Assembly: GCF_001677475.2 (NCBI RefSeq)
Contig: NZ_CP015229.1
Length of the DNA: 64,000 nt
Direction: 5' to 3' (one strand)
Source: Escherichia coli
Lineage (GTDB): Bacteria > Pseudomonadota > Gammaproteobacteria > Enterobacterales > Enterobacteriaceae
The notes beneath the pieces are model-generated. The model was given only the letters and a program-made list of their open reading frames with translations. It had not been told where the DNA came from and did not search any database. This document shows, in pieces, positions 54,756 through 63,930 of the stretch. How positions within the stretch are numbered: the first letter of the stretch is position 1; the number at the start of each line of letters is the position of its first letter. A program made the translations under genes and the position numbers.

Positions 54756-56954
54756 CTACTGAAGGTGTTTCTGCAGCCAGATGCACGTTCCTTTTATATC
54801 ATACGCCTGTGCCCCATACCCTTTAGCAAGCAAAGTCTCTGGTAAATACTCGTCATATTTATCCAGATACTTGTCGGGAACAACTGCAGCAAGCTCAAAC
54901 TCTGAAGGTAGCCCCGACAATAGCATTTTCTTAAGTGCACGCTGGACAGAGGCAACGCCTGAGTCCTCTACCTCTATCACACCTGCAAATGAACTGGCTT
55001 TAAAGCCACAACGTATAATCAGGGACGTAATTGTATTGACAATTTTATCCCCCATCCACGGGATCACGTAGCAGTTCTGACCACTGGCAATAAAACAGTC
55101 ATTTTGTAGATTGTAGCGTTGGAAGTTGTCACTTCCTTCCGCGAAGAGGCTTCTGGCTGCGGCATCAGCATAATCGACTCTCTTGTTGCCTACCGCGATA
55201 CGGTAATCATTTTCCCTGTAGATAGTGAGCATTTCCTGGCGAACAACATCATGAACAGACATCCCGGTACCACTGAATAGTGGCGGCTGACCGCCTTTAG
55301 TCGTCTCAACATAGATAACCTTTTTTTCAACCTCGATCTCTGTCACTTTCCAGCGCCGTCCGCCGAAGATGATGTGCTGCTCCGGCAAAAGTGGGGAGTC
55401 TACAGGCACTGTGCCAAGAGTTCGGTTTCCCGTTACAATGCGAAACTCCTCAGGTGTATTGAATACGGCATAAAACGTGTAGTGATTAGTCAGCTTCTCC
55501 CCCTCAGCCCCGACAACTATTTCACCGCTGGTTAGTTGAGTGAGCAGGCCACATGTCCCCATATGTTTAAGCAGACTTTTGAAGTCATTTATATCCACAT
55601 TCCGGAACGGACCTGTCTGGCAAAGTTGTGACCAGAGCTGATCGGCACGAACACCTCCCCATTGCGCAGTAATAGCCAGGATCTGGTGTAGTAGTGTGGA
55701 GTAATGTTTCTGCCGGATATCTGCAGGCTCGAACCAGCGCTTAGAGATCATCAACCTGATCATTGCCATCGCCTGAACCAACTGCAGCCGTAAATGATCC
55801 ACAATGCTGCTGGTTGCGGTAAGTTCAGGTTCAGTAATTAACATTCTCAGCACCGATGGGGAATCGCGCCGCCCTGAACGTCCCATGCGTTGACGCAGAC
55901 TGGAAACAGAATGCGGAGGTGTCACTTGTATGACAGACTGCACCTTACCAATATCAATACCCAGCTCCAGCGTCATTGTACAAACAGCGGTTGTGGGCAA
56001 ATTCCCTTTCTGCAGTCGGGCTTCAAGCGCCTCACGCAACTCCCTTGCAAGGGAACCATGATGAGGAAAGAATTCATTAGGAACGACATTTGCTTCACAC
56101 ATGTCGCTCAGTGTTGCCGCTATGCTTTCAGTACGCTTTCGACTGTTAGCAAAGACCAGGTGGGAATCGCCACGGCAGAGCCTGAAAATATCCGCGCAGA
56201 CGAGCTGTTCAGCAGAGCTCTGGAGCTCTTCTCCTTTTTCGGGCACCCGCTCAAGATAACCTTTAACCTGAACCTGTAGTGTGGCTTTGCTATTACTGTC
56301 TGTTACCGTTTCACAAGGTAATCTCTTATCCGGGCGCAATAGTTCTGGTACTTTTTCCAGCTCTCCCAGCGTGGCACTCAACGCGACACGGGGAACTGGA
56401 TTCAACTGGCGTCCCAGCACATGGTCAATTCTGTTAAGCAGAGAAAGCAGCTGTATACCACGCTCTGAGCCAATAAAAGCATGGAACTCATCAATAACAA
56501 TGTATGCCACAGAAGAAAACGCCTGTTTGAGCCAACCCAATGAGTTTATGAGCAAAGACTCAAGTGATTCAGGTGTGATAAGTAAGATGCCAGAAGGGGT
56601 TGTCCGTGCTTTCTTCTTTTTGCTTTGTGGTACATCCCCGTGCCAGGGCGTCACTTGCATTTCCAGGGCTTCACCAAGACTCTCAAGACGACGGTGTTGA
56701 TCGTTAATTAATGCCTTCAATGGACTGATATAGATAATGCCAAATCCACCAGTGAGATCTGCAATCGCTGAACAGGCAGGAAGAAAGAAAGCCTCTGTTT
56801 TACCCGCAGCTGTACCTGCACTAATTAGTACATCACGATCACGGGCTAAAATTGCCGGAATAGAGCTTTCCTGCAAGGGCCTTAAGGATGACCAGCCCTG
56901 CTTATAAACCCACTTACGGACACGGGGATCAAGACTATTGTAGGCACTACTCAT
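54756..56954 (-). CDS. DEAD/DEAH-box (Lhr-like) helicase; third gene of the candidate defence operon (SngC-like)
   Basis: 732-aa ORF with helicase motifs: Q (LRPLQ), I (AGTAAGKTEAF), II (DEFHAF), III (SAT), VI (QRMGRSGRR); overlaps the upstream ATPase gene by 4 bp. Confidence 0.8.
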   Translation of the reverse strand: MSSAYNSLDPRVRKWVYKQGWSSLRPLQESSIPAILARDRDVLISAGTAAGKTEAFFLPACSAIADLTGGFGIIYISPLKALINDQHRRLESLGEALEMQVTPWHGDVPQSKKKKARTTPSGILLITPESLESLLINSLGWLKQAFSSVAYIVIDEFHAFIGSERGIQLLSLLNRIDHVLGRQLNPVPRVALSATLGELEKVPELLRPDKRLPCETVTDSNSKATLQVQVKGYLERVPEKGEELQSSAEQLVCADIFRLCRGDSHLVFANSRKRTESIAATLSDMCEANVVPNEFFPHHGSLARELREALEARLQKGNLPTTAVCTMTLELGIDIGKVQSVIQVTPPHSVSSLRQRMGRSGRRDSPSVLRMLITEPELTATSSIVDHLRLQLVQAMAMIRLMISKRWFEPADIRQKHYSTLLHQILAITAQWGGVRADQLWSQLCQTGPFRNVDINDFKSLLKHMGTCGLLTQLTSGEIVVGAEGEKLTNHYTFYAVFNTPEEFRIVTGNRTLGTVPVDSPLLPEQHIIFGGRRWKVTEIEVEKKVIYVETTKGGQPPLFSGTGMSVHDVVRQEMLTIYRENDYRIAVGNKRVDYADAAARSLFAEGSDNFQRYNLQNDCFIASGQNCYVIPWMGDKIVNTITSLIIRCGFKASSFAGVIEVEDSGVASVQRALKKMLLSGLPSEFELAAVVPDKYLDKYDEYLPETLLAKGYGAQAYDIKGTCIWLQKHLQ

Positions 56955-58267
56955 AATCTGAAATTCGCCAGGCCATCATCGTCATCACTTTCCTCCACAA
57001 TGGCATCATCCATATCGCTGAGCTTGTCTTCTTCAATCGCCACCCCCTCAATGAGGGTTTGCCAGTTCATCGTTCTGTTTTGTTCCAGCACAGCCAGCAT
57101 ATCCAGAAAACCTTTTATGGTATTGCGGGGAGTTCGAAAGTAAGCATCTCCGATGGTTTTGCTGCAGTGATGCAGAAACCCGGTCAGAGCATCATCTGGC
57201 ACCAGATAATTTGCGGGATCTCCACCAGCATAAACATGACGAAGGTTTTTCAGTAAAATATACAGTTCCTCAGGAGTGAGGCTGGCAAGATGCAGCGTGG
57301 GGGACGAGTAGTCAATCACGCCAGCTTTCTGTGCGAATCGGTTTTCTGCCAGACGCGACTGGAGCGCTTCATAGCTGTAGAGCCCCTTACGTGGATCGAA
57401 AAGAAATTCTGGCGTCCCCCCGAGGATAAAACCAATATTTTCGGCGGAGCCTTGCAGGCAGTCATTCAGGATCCGCAAAATTTGTTCGTAGTTGGCCGTT
57501 CTCGCTTGCGTATTATTCAACTTGAAGAGGTTCACCATCTCGTCGAGGCTAACTAAAAGTCCGGCATAGCCTGCCTGACGGACAAAAAGGCTCATCAACT
57601 TCAAAGAATCATAGAACGAGGCGTCTGAGATAATCGTTCGGACGTCAAGATCATTACGGGCATCAGTTTTTGTGGTGTACTCGCCCCGCAACCAGCGAAT
57701 AGCATTGGATTTTAAGGTTTCGTTATCCTGCTCATGCCCGCGCCAGAATGCGTCAATGACCTTCGCAAAGTCATATCCTCCCACCATATCTGACAAAGCA
57801 GCAAGGCGTTTATGAATAACGGATGAGACCAGGGAGCCGTTCGCATCAGCTTCCTTCCTTGCCTCAGTAACAAACCTTTCCACAACGCTAAGTAATGCAT
57901 TGCCATCTGGTTTGTTTCTGGTGGACATATTTTTCATAAGCTCTGAGTAGAGATTACGAGCCTGACCTCCCGATGAGTGGATACGTCTGTCGGGAGAAAG
58001 GTCTGCACTGACCGTGACCAGCTTCTTCTCTAACGCAATAGACCGTACAACACTTAAAAAGAATGTTTTCCCGGAACCGTACTCACCAATGATAAGTCTG
58101 AAGCTTGCCCCGCCATCAGCAATCCGTTCAATATCCTGATGGAGGGCGGTTATCTCATTCACGCGGCCAACCTGGATATGCTGAATACCTATTCTTGGCG
58201 TTACTCCCGACTTAAGTGACTGAATGATAGCGTCGCGCTCTTTCACTCTTATACGTGTTACAGACAT
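56951..58267 (-). CDS. P-loop ATPase; second gene of the candidate defence operon (SngB-like)
   Basis: 438-aa ORF with Walker A GEYGSGKT and Walker B-like LLVSLDE; 3 bp from the upstream gene stop. Confidence 0.75.
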   Translation of the reverse strand: MSVTRIRVKERDAIIQSLKSGVTPRIGIQHIQVGRVNEITALHQDIERIADGGASFRLIIGEYGSGKTFFLSVVRSIALEKKLVTVSADLSPDRRIHSSGGQARNLYSELMKNMSTRNKPDGNALLSVVERFVTEARKEADANGSLVSSVIHKRLAALSDMVGGYDFAKVIDAFWRGHEQDNETLKSNAIRWLRGEYTTKTDARNDLDVRTIISDASFYDSLKLMSLFVRQAGYAGLLVSLDEMVNLFKLNNTQARTANYEQILRILNDCLQGSAENIGFILGGTPEFLFDPRKGLYSYEALQSRLAENRFAQKAGVIDYSSPTLHLASLTPEELYILLKNLRHVYAGGDPANYLVPDDALTGFLHHCSKTIGDAYFRTPRNTIKGFLDMLAVLEQNRTMNWQTLIEGVAIEEDKLSDMDDAIVEESDDDDGLANFRL

Positions 58268-58270
58268 TCA

Positions 58271-60580
58271 CTAACCCTCTAATTCTTTGGCTATTTCCAG
58301 GTCAATCCAAATGTGATCATCAGCATCTTCCAGCACTGGTGCATCAACCACCGCATAGGACCAATCGTTAATCACCTCAAGCGCACCGCCGAGCATCAGG
58401 TTCCAGTTACTACACAACTCTGTCGCCTCTTTTCTGGACCATTGTTCTTTCTCCAGCAACCTGCGATAAAGTTGGCTATGAGCGGAGTCAAGTCCCCCTT
58501 CCCCGGTTAATGAGGCTGGAGCGCTTTCTGGTTGTTCTGGTTCTTCTTCAGTGAAAATTGAGTTCAGTAATTTACGAACATCATCAGTGGCAGATTCGTG
58601 GCGGGCAAGTACGTTGGCATCCAGCGTAAACCCTGCCGTCGACTGATTAGCTGGTACAGATGAAACGAGAGCAGTTTCAGTTGCGGAATGCTGATGGATA
58701 TTGCTTGATACGGATGAGGGATCCAGTCCCAGGCTTGTATAAATCTTCTCAAGCTGTTTGATTTCGGCAGGCGTAATTCTGCCGTCAGAGCAAGCGACAC
58801 TAACGATAACCTTACCCACAGCTGATTTTTCCGCTGCACCGAGTAATTCAATCCGGCTTTTCATTCCCGTCATATTCGCCGGAGTATGAAGCTGCCACGT
58901 TAAATATGCGTGCAGAGAGCGCTTTTCATCATCGCTGAAGCTGGCATTGTTGTTGATGGCATTCTCAAGCACTTTCTGTTCGGCTTGATCGAGAGAATTG
59001 TCAATCAAGGCGACTACCGAACCTAATCGGAGCGTCAATACAGCTGTGATAAATTCAGGAGAAGGTGAGAAACGTCCTCTTTCACCAGCAGGGAATAAAA
59101 CAAGTACACCATCGACATCTGCCTTTACGTGGTGGTGATAGGGGTCAGGAGCCAGACAGTATCCCATTTTCTGTGCAAAGGCTTGCATTAAGTCGGCCTC
59201 TTTTTTATTGATCTTCGCCGGACAGGTGGCATTCATATGTGACCAGTAGTCAGCAACTGAAACTATCCCACCCTTACTGCGGATTGCGTCATCAGCCCAG
59301 TGTTTGAATGTACTTAATATTTTTTCTGCGCTTTCGTTAACGATTTCTGAAGGCAGCAACAAAATTGCAGCGGTATCATTTGCTGAAGTACCTTTTCTAC
59401 CAAGGTAACGACTGTAAGCATCCAGTTCACCTGTGCATATATCGGCAATGGCCATAAGCTTCTGAACAGGGCCTTTCAATGCACCTGGATCAGGCAAGTC
59501 GGGAACAGGAAGCCGAATACCTCGCAAACTGGGACTTGCAGGCGTGTAATCTAAACGCAGACGCGCTTTATTCGGCTTCACTACCATCCCTTCACCGTAT
59601 TTAAGGGTGTAACGCCGTTTAAATAGTGCAGCAAATTCTTTCGCACAGCGGCGGGCGGGGGTTCGTAATGAGTATTCAGCATGGTTTGTCACCCACGTCA
59701 GAGCCAGATCCGCTGGAACCGGGGCTCCTGTATCAACAGTCTTTGCCAGGATTAACCTGAACTGCATGCTATTGCTGAACTCCGAATCATCGTTGAGAGC
59801 TGCTGCAAGATTTTCGTTCGGACGAAGAATGGACATCGCTTCAAGTAACTGGGATGAGTAATTCCGGAAAGATCGGTTTTCATTGAAAACCGATCTGAGA
59901 CGGCAGATCTCTTTGAAAAGAGAATAGAACTCATCGTCGGATATATTGTTGTCCCTGCTGTCAACAAGCGCCCTTCTTTCCAGACCATACAGATAAATGA
60001 AAACGTAACCAATTGGGCAGGAAGTGTCGCATCTGTCGCTGGCAAGCCAACTCAGGTACGCACCACGAGCTTCAGGTGAAAGTGAGGAAAAACTGGGCCA
60101 ATACCCTAATGAACTATCTTCGTAAATGTAAGGTGTGGGGGATATTTTAAGCGTGTCGTCAACTAGCGATGCCTCGTTATTGCCATCATAATAACCGCCT
60201 GAGTTATGCCCGGCAGGTTTCATACGCTGCCCAAGATAGAAGTGACCGCCGGTAACCTCTATCCCACTGACTGTGATCATCTCTCCCGGAAAAATCCAAC
60301 GAGCCAAAGCACCGGTAGTTTTTGAGAAATTCTGGCGTTGAGTGGCTGTTATGCTGTATTCGACATTCCGCCCGCCACTTAGTGTAAACGTAGCCAGATT
60401 GTCATCTTCGCTGTCCTCGTTTTGCATTACAGACTGATTTTTTTTGTTGTTAGCAAGCCATTCTTTAGGTGGTGCTTTCACAGGAGCGGAAGTATAAGAG
60501 CCCGCGGACTTAGTTTTCTTCTTTTTGAAAAAAAGAATATAAATCAAATAAATAGCTACTATAAATATCCATAACTCCAT
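58271..60580 (-). CDS. Membrane-anchored protein with TerB-like motif; first gene of the candidate defence operon (SngA-like)
   Basis: 769-aa ORF; N-terminal hydrophobic helix (ELWIFIVAIYLIYILFF) then KKKK; internal segment VIVSVACSDGRITPAEIKQLEKI resembles the TerB-type xxADGxxxxxExxxL helix. Confidence 0.6.
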   Translation of the reverse strand: MELWIFIVAIYLIYILFFKKKKTKSAGSYTSAPVKAPPKEWLANNKKNQSVMQNEDSEDDNLATFTLSGGRNVEYSITATQRQNFSKTTGALARWIFPGEMITVSGIEVTGGHFYLGQRMKPAGHNSGGYYDGNNEASLVDDTLKISPTPYIYEDSSLGYWPSFSSLSPEARGAYLSWLASDRCDTSCPIGYVFIYLYGLERRALVDSRDNNISDDEFYSLFKEICRLRSVFNENRSFRNYSSQLLEAMSILRPNENLAAALNDDSEFSNSMQFRLILAKTVDTGAPVPADLALTWVTNHAEYSLRTPARRCAKEFAALFKRRYTLKYGEGMVVKPNKARLRLDYTPASPSLRGIRLPVPDLPDPGALKGPVQKLMAIADICTGELDAYSRYLGRKGTSANDTAAILLLPSEIVNESAEKILSTFKHWADDAIRSKGGIVSVADYWSHMNATCPAKINKKEADLMQAFAQKMGYCLAPDPYHHHVKADVDGVLVLFPAGERGRFSPSPEFITAVLTLRLGSVVALIDNSLDQAEQKVLENAINNNASFSDDEKRSLHAYLTWQLHTPANMTGMKSRIELLGAAEKSAVGKVIVSVACSDGRITPAEIKQLEKIYTSLGLDPSSVSSNIHQHSATETALVSSVPANQSTAGFTLDANVLARHESATDDVRKLLNSIFTEEEPEQPESAPASLTGEGGLDSAHSQLYRRLLEKEQWSRKEATELCSNWNLMLGGALEVINDWSYAVVDAPVLEDADDHIWIDLEIAKELEG

Positions 60581-60780
60581 GAGGCAGTAACCTTAAAAAT
60601 AGCTTTTCACGCACACCAAAAAGGATGACGATGGGAAGTGGATTAATCTCAAAATAATACTTCTAAATTAAAAAGGTTAAAAGCAAATCACAACCTTCCT
60701 GAGCTTCCGCTTTTCTCTTTCAGAGGGCTGAAGTCGTTATCTGTAACCAGAGGAGATCAGTAGCCCGTTATGCCAGCTAA

Positions 60781-60881
60781 AGCACTCCGGGCAGATTGCC
60801 CGGAGTGCTTAATATTTTAATGGATTGTTAATCTTCGCATACTCAAAGGGGCTGGTATTTTCTTTCGAGTTTGTATCCAGA
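60781..60881 (-). repeat. Hairpin plus remnant of a gene 3' end, homologous to the sequence at 63904-64000
   Basis: 13-bp perfect stem agcactccgggca/tgcccggagtgct; the following 67 bp align at ~75-80% identity with 63934-64000; minus-strand translation ...SPFEYAKINNPLKY* versus ...SPFEYAKINNPLKQ*. Confidence 0.5.
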
Positions 60882-61100
60882 AAATCCCCCCACCACTGTA
60901 GCATCAACCGACGCTATTCCAGGTGTTCTGTTTTATGGATATAAGCCGCCCTTAATGAATTACGTTCCATGTGGCTCATCTGACGTTCAGCCGCTTTATC
61001 TCGTGCTGTTTTGGTCTTAATACTTCCATGCCGCTGCGATTACCTCTTAAACCCGCCCTTACCATTTTTATGGGTACGATAAGAAAACTTTATCGGGCAC

Positions 61101-61126
61101 GATCGATTTTATCGATCGATTCGATC
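61101..61126. promoter_or_regulatory. Cluster of three GATC (Dam) sites in a palindromic tract upstream of the outer-membrane protein gene
   Basis: cacGATCgattttatcGATCgattcGATCgaaaac; GATC at 61101, 61114, 61123; ~95-115 bp upstream of the ATG at 61218. Confidence 0.3.
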
Positions 61127-61217
61127 GAAAACATTCCTTTTACCCTATCTTTTGCATGGTTTTAGAATGAGCAACCCCATTTATCGTTCGGGGAAAGTGA
61201 TAGCGGAGATGATTGAA

Positions 61218-61958
61218 ATGAATAAGGTTATTGCGGTTTCAGCGCTTGCCATGGCAGGCATGTTTTCGACCCAGGCTCTGGCTGATGAGAGCAAAACAGG
61301 CTTTTATGTGACCGGTAAAGCAGGTGCTTCTGTTATGTCACTTGCAGACGAGCGTTTCCTGTCGGGTGATGGAGAGGAAACATCAAAATATAAAGGCGGT
61401 GATGGCCATGATACGGTATTCAGTGGCGGTATCGCGGCCGGTTATGATTTTTACCCGCAGTTCAGTATTCCGGTTCGTACGGAACTGGAGTTTTACGCTC
61501 GTGGAAAAGCTGATTCGAAGTATAACGTAGATAAAGACAGCTGGTCAGGCGGTTACTGGCGTGATGACCTGAAGAATGAGGTGTCAGTCAACACACTGAT
61601 GCTGAATGCGTACTATGACTTCCGGAATGACAGTGCATTCACACCATGGGTATCTGCAGGGATTGGCTACGCCAGAATTCACCAGAAAACAACCGGTATC
61701 AGTACCTGGGATTATGGGTACGGAAGCAGTGGTCGCGAATCGTTGTCACGTTCAGGCTCTGCTGACAACTTCGCATGGAGCCTTGGCGCGGGTGTCCGCT
61801 ATGACGTAACCCCGGATATCGCTCTGGACCTCAGCTATCGCTATCTTGATGCAGGTGACAGCAGTGTGAGTTACAAGGACGAGTGGGGCGATAAATATAA
61901 ATCAGAAGTTGATGTTAAAAGTCATGACATCATGCTTGGTGTGACTTATAACTTCTGA
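61218..61958 (+). CDS. Outer-membrane beta-barrel protein (family unassigned)
   Basis: ATG at 61218; signal peptide MNKVIAVSALAMAGMFSTQALA; alternating aromatic/hydrophobic strands; C-terminal ...VTYNF. Confidence 0.6.
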   Translation: MNKVIAVSALAMAGMFSTQALADESKTGFYVTGKAGASVMSLADERFLSGDGEETSKYKGGDGHDTVFSGGIAAGYDFYPQFSIPVRTELEFYARGKADSKYNVDKDSWSGGYWRDDLKNEVSVNTLMLNAYYDFRNDSAFTPWVSAGIGYARIHQKTTGISTWDYGYGSSGRESLSRSGSADNFAWSLGAGVRYDVTPDIALDLSYRYLDAGDSSVSYKDEWGDKYKSEVDVKSHDIMLGVTYNF

Positions 61959-62109
61959 CAAAACTGCTCCTGAAAGATAATAATTACCCATCTTCTGTAA
62001 TTAAACGAAGACTCCCTGCAGTAATTATACTGCAGGGTTGTTTGTTATCTGTTTCACAGGAGACTTCTGATTTTTATTCTCTTCACAATAATGTTGTCGA
62101 TATACTCCG

Positions 62110-63609
62110 ATGAATATCAGAAAGCTGTTTTATACGGACAATATATCCCGGATTTTATTGTTTTTATTCTTCCCGGGCATGTGTGTAATAACCACTGCCG
62201 CATGCGGATACACTGAGAAGAATGCCACCGGGAATGTGTTGCTGCTGTTTCTCCTTCTGATTCTTGCACACAGAAATACCCTTACATCCATTACAGCTCT
62301 GTTATTTCTGTTCTGTTGTGCACTGTATGCACCTGTCGGTATGACGTACGGAAAAATCAACAACAGTTTTATTGTCGCGTTGTTGCAGACCACGGCGGAT
62401 GAGGCTGCGGAGTTTACCGGGATGATTCCTGTTTATCATTTTCTGGTCAGTGCCGCGATTCTGGTGTTCATGGTTATTTTCTGGCGGACACACCACCGTG
62501 GTCAACGTAACGCGATGGCTCTGTTGTTATTCGTATTATGCTCTGTAAACAGCTGGCCGTTACGGATGGTTAAAGGAACAGTTGTGGGGACAACTGACAC
62601 ATTGCGTGAAATGCAGCGTTATGAACAACTGAGTCGGCACGGTGCTGACAGCTGGAAAATCCTGCCGGGAGCACCATTATATGACACGATTGTTATTGTT
62701 ACTGGTGAGAGTGTCCGCAGGGATTATATGTCGGTATATGGTTATCCCGAGCCAACCACACCATGGCTGAATACGGCTCCCGGTTTATTTATTGACGGTT
62801 ATACATCGGCAGCAGCCAGCACCGTGCCTTCCCTGAGCCGGACACTGATTTATGACTATGAGCAGAACCCTGATTCCGGCAACAACGTGGTGGCGCTGGC
62901 AGCAAAAGCAGGATACAGCACATGGTGGATATCCAATCAGGGAAAACTGGGAGAGCATGACACACGCATCTCTGTTATTGCTTCTGATGCGGACCATACT
63001 GTTTTCCTCAAGAAAGGCAGCTTTGCTTCCCGTAAAACGGATGACATGTTGTTGTTACAGGAAACAGAACGTGCGCTGGCAGATACATCCACTCCGAAGG
63101 TGATTTTCCTGCACATGATGGGGTCTCATCCGAACCCGTGTGATCGGCTTCACTCCTGGCAGAATAATTACCTGGAGCAGTATTCCCGAAAAATTGCCTG
63201 TTATCTTGCCAGCATCAGTAAACTGGATAACTTTCTTGGTCAGCTTGATGGTATCCTTCGCCGACACTCACGTCATTTCGCCATGCTTTACTTTTCTGAC
63301 CATGGGCTGTCGGTCAGCGACAGTGCTAATCCTGTTCATCATGATGGTCATGTGCAGGGAGGCTACAGCGTGCCCCTGATTATTACCGCCAGTGATATAA
63401 CCTCTCATCAGTCCCTCAGCAGAAAAATCAGTGCCCGTCATTTCACAGGTATTTTTCAGTGGCTGACCGGTATTCGTACCGAAAATATACCGCCATTCAA
63501 TCCACTGACAGACGAAGATAATGAACGCATTATGGTTTTTAACGGAGAGAGGTATGTACAGGAAGACAGTCTGAAACCGCAGCCGCTTATTCTTCCGGAC
63601 CACAGGTAA
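62110..63609 (+). CDS. Phosphoethanolamine-transferase-like membrane protein (sulfatase / alkaline-phosphatase superfamily)
   Basis: 499-aa ORF with N-terminal TM helices and the sulfatase-type segment IVIVTGESVRRDYMSVYGYP. Confidence 0.6.
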   Translation: MNIRKLFYTDNISRILLFLFFPGMCVITTAACGYTEKNATGNVLLLFLLLILAHRNTLTSITALLFLFCCALYAPVGMTYGKINNSFIVALLQTTADEAAEFTGMIPVYHFLVSAAILVFMVIFWRTHHRGQRNAMALLLFVLCSVNSWPLRMVKGTVVGTTDTLREMQRYEQLSRHGADSWKILPGAPLYDTIVIVTGESVRRDYMSVYGYPEPTTPWLNTAPGLFIDGYTSAAASTVPSLSRTLIYDYEQNPDSGNNVVALAAKAGYSTWWISNQGKLGEHDTRISVIASDADHTVFLKKGSFASRKTDDMLLLQETERALADTSTPKVIFLHMMGSHPNPCDRLHSWQNNYLEQYSRKIACYLASISKLDNFLGQLDGILRRHSRHFAMLYFSDHGLSVSDSANPVHHDGHVQGGYSVPLIITASDITSHQSLSRKISARHFTGIFQWLTGIRTENIPPFNPLTDEDNERIMVFNGERYVQEDSLKPQPLILPDHR

Positions 63610-63930
63610 TCATATATGGCAAACTGTAATACAGTTGCTTGTACTGAAAAGTATTCTGTATAAAACAGAATCCGTATTCATATCAGCACAAGGGACCACC
63701 AAATCCCGGCAGTATTCCTTACGTCAGTTATCCCGCATCACTCTGTGAGTGAGTTTTTTTATGAGGTTACTTTTTCATTGAATATAAATAATGAATAACC
63801 GCAGATTCTGATAATCCTCCTCCAGGGAACAATCAGGTAAACAGTAAATACATCAGTTAATACCATTTTGTCTTTTTAACAAAGAAAATATTCATGGAGT
63901 AAGTTCCCGGGCATTTGCCCGGGATGATTA

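Noticed and set aside
60971-61165. 64-aa ORF upstream of the outer-membrane protein gene
   Set aside because: It lies in the promoter region overlapping the GATC cluster, with no RBS and a hydrophobic low-complexity translation; treated as non-coding.
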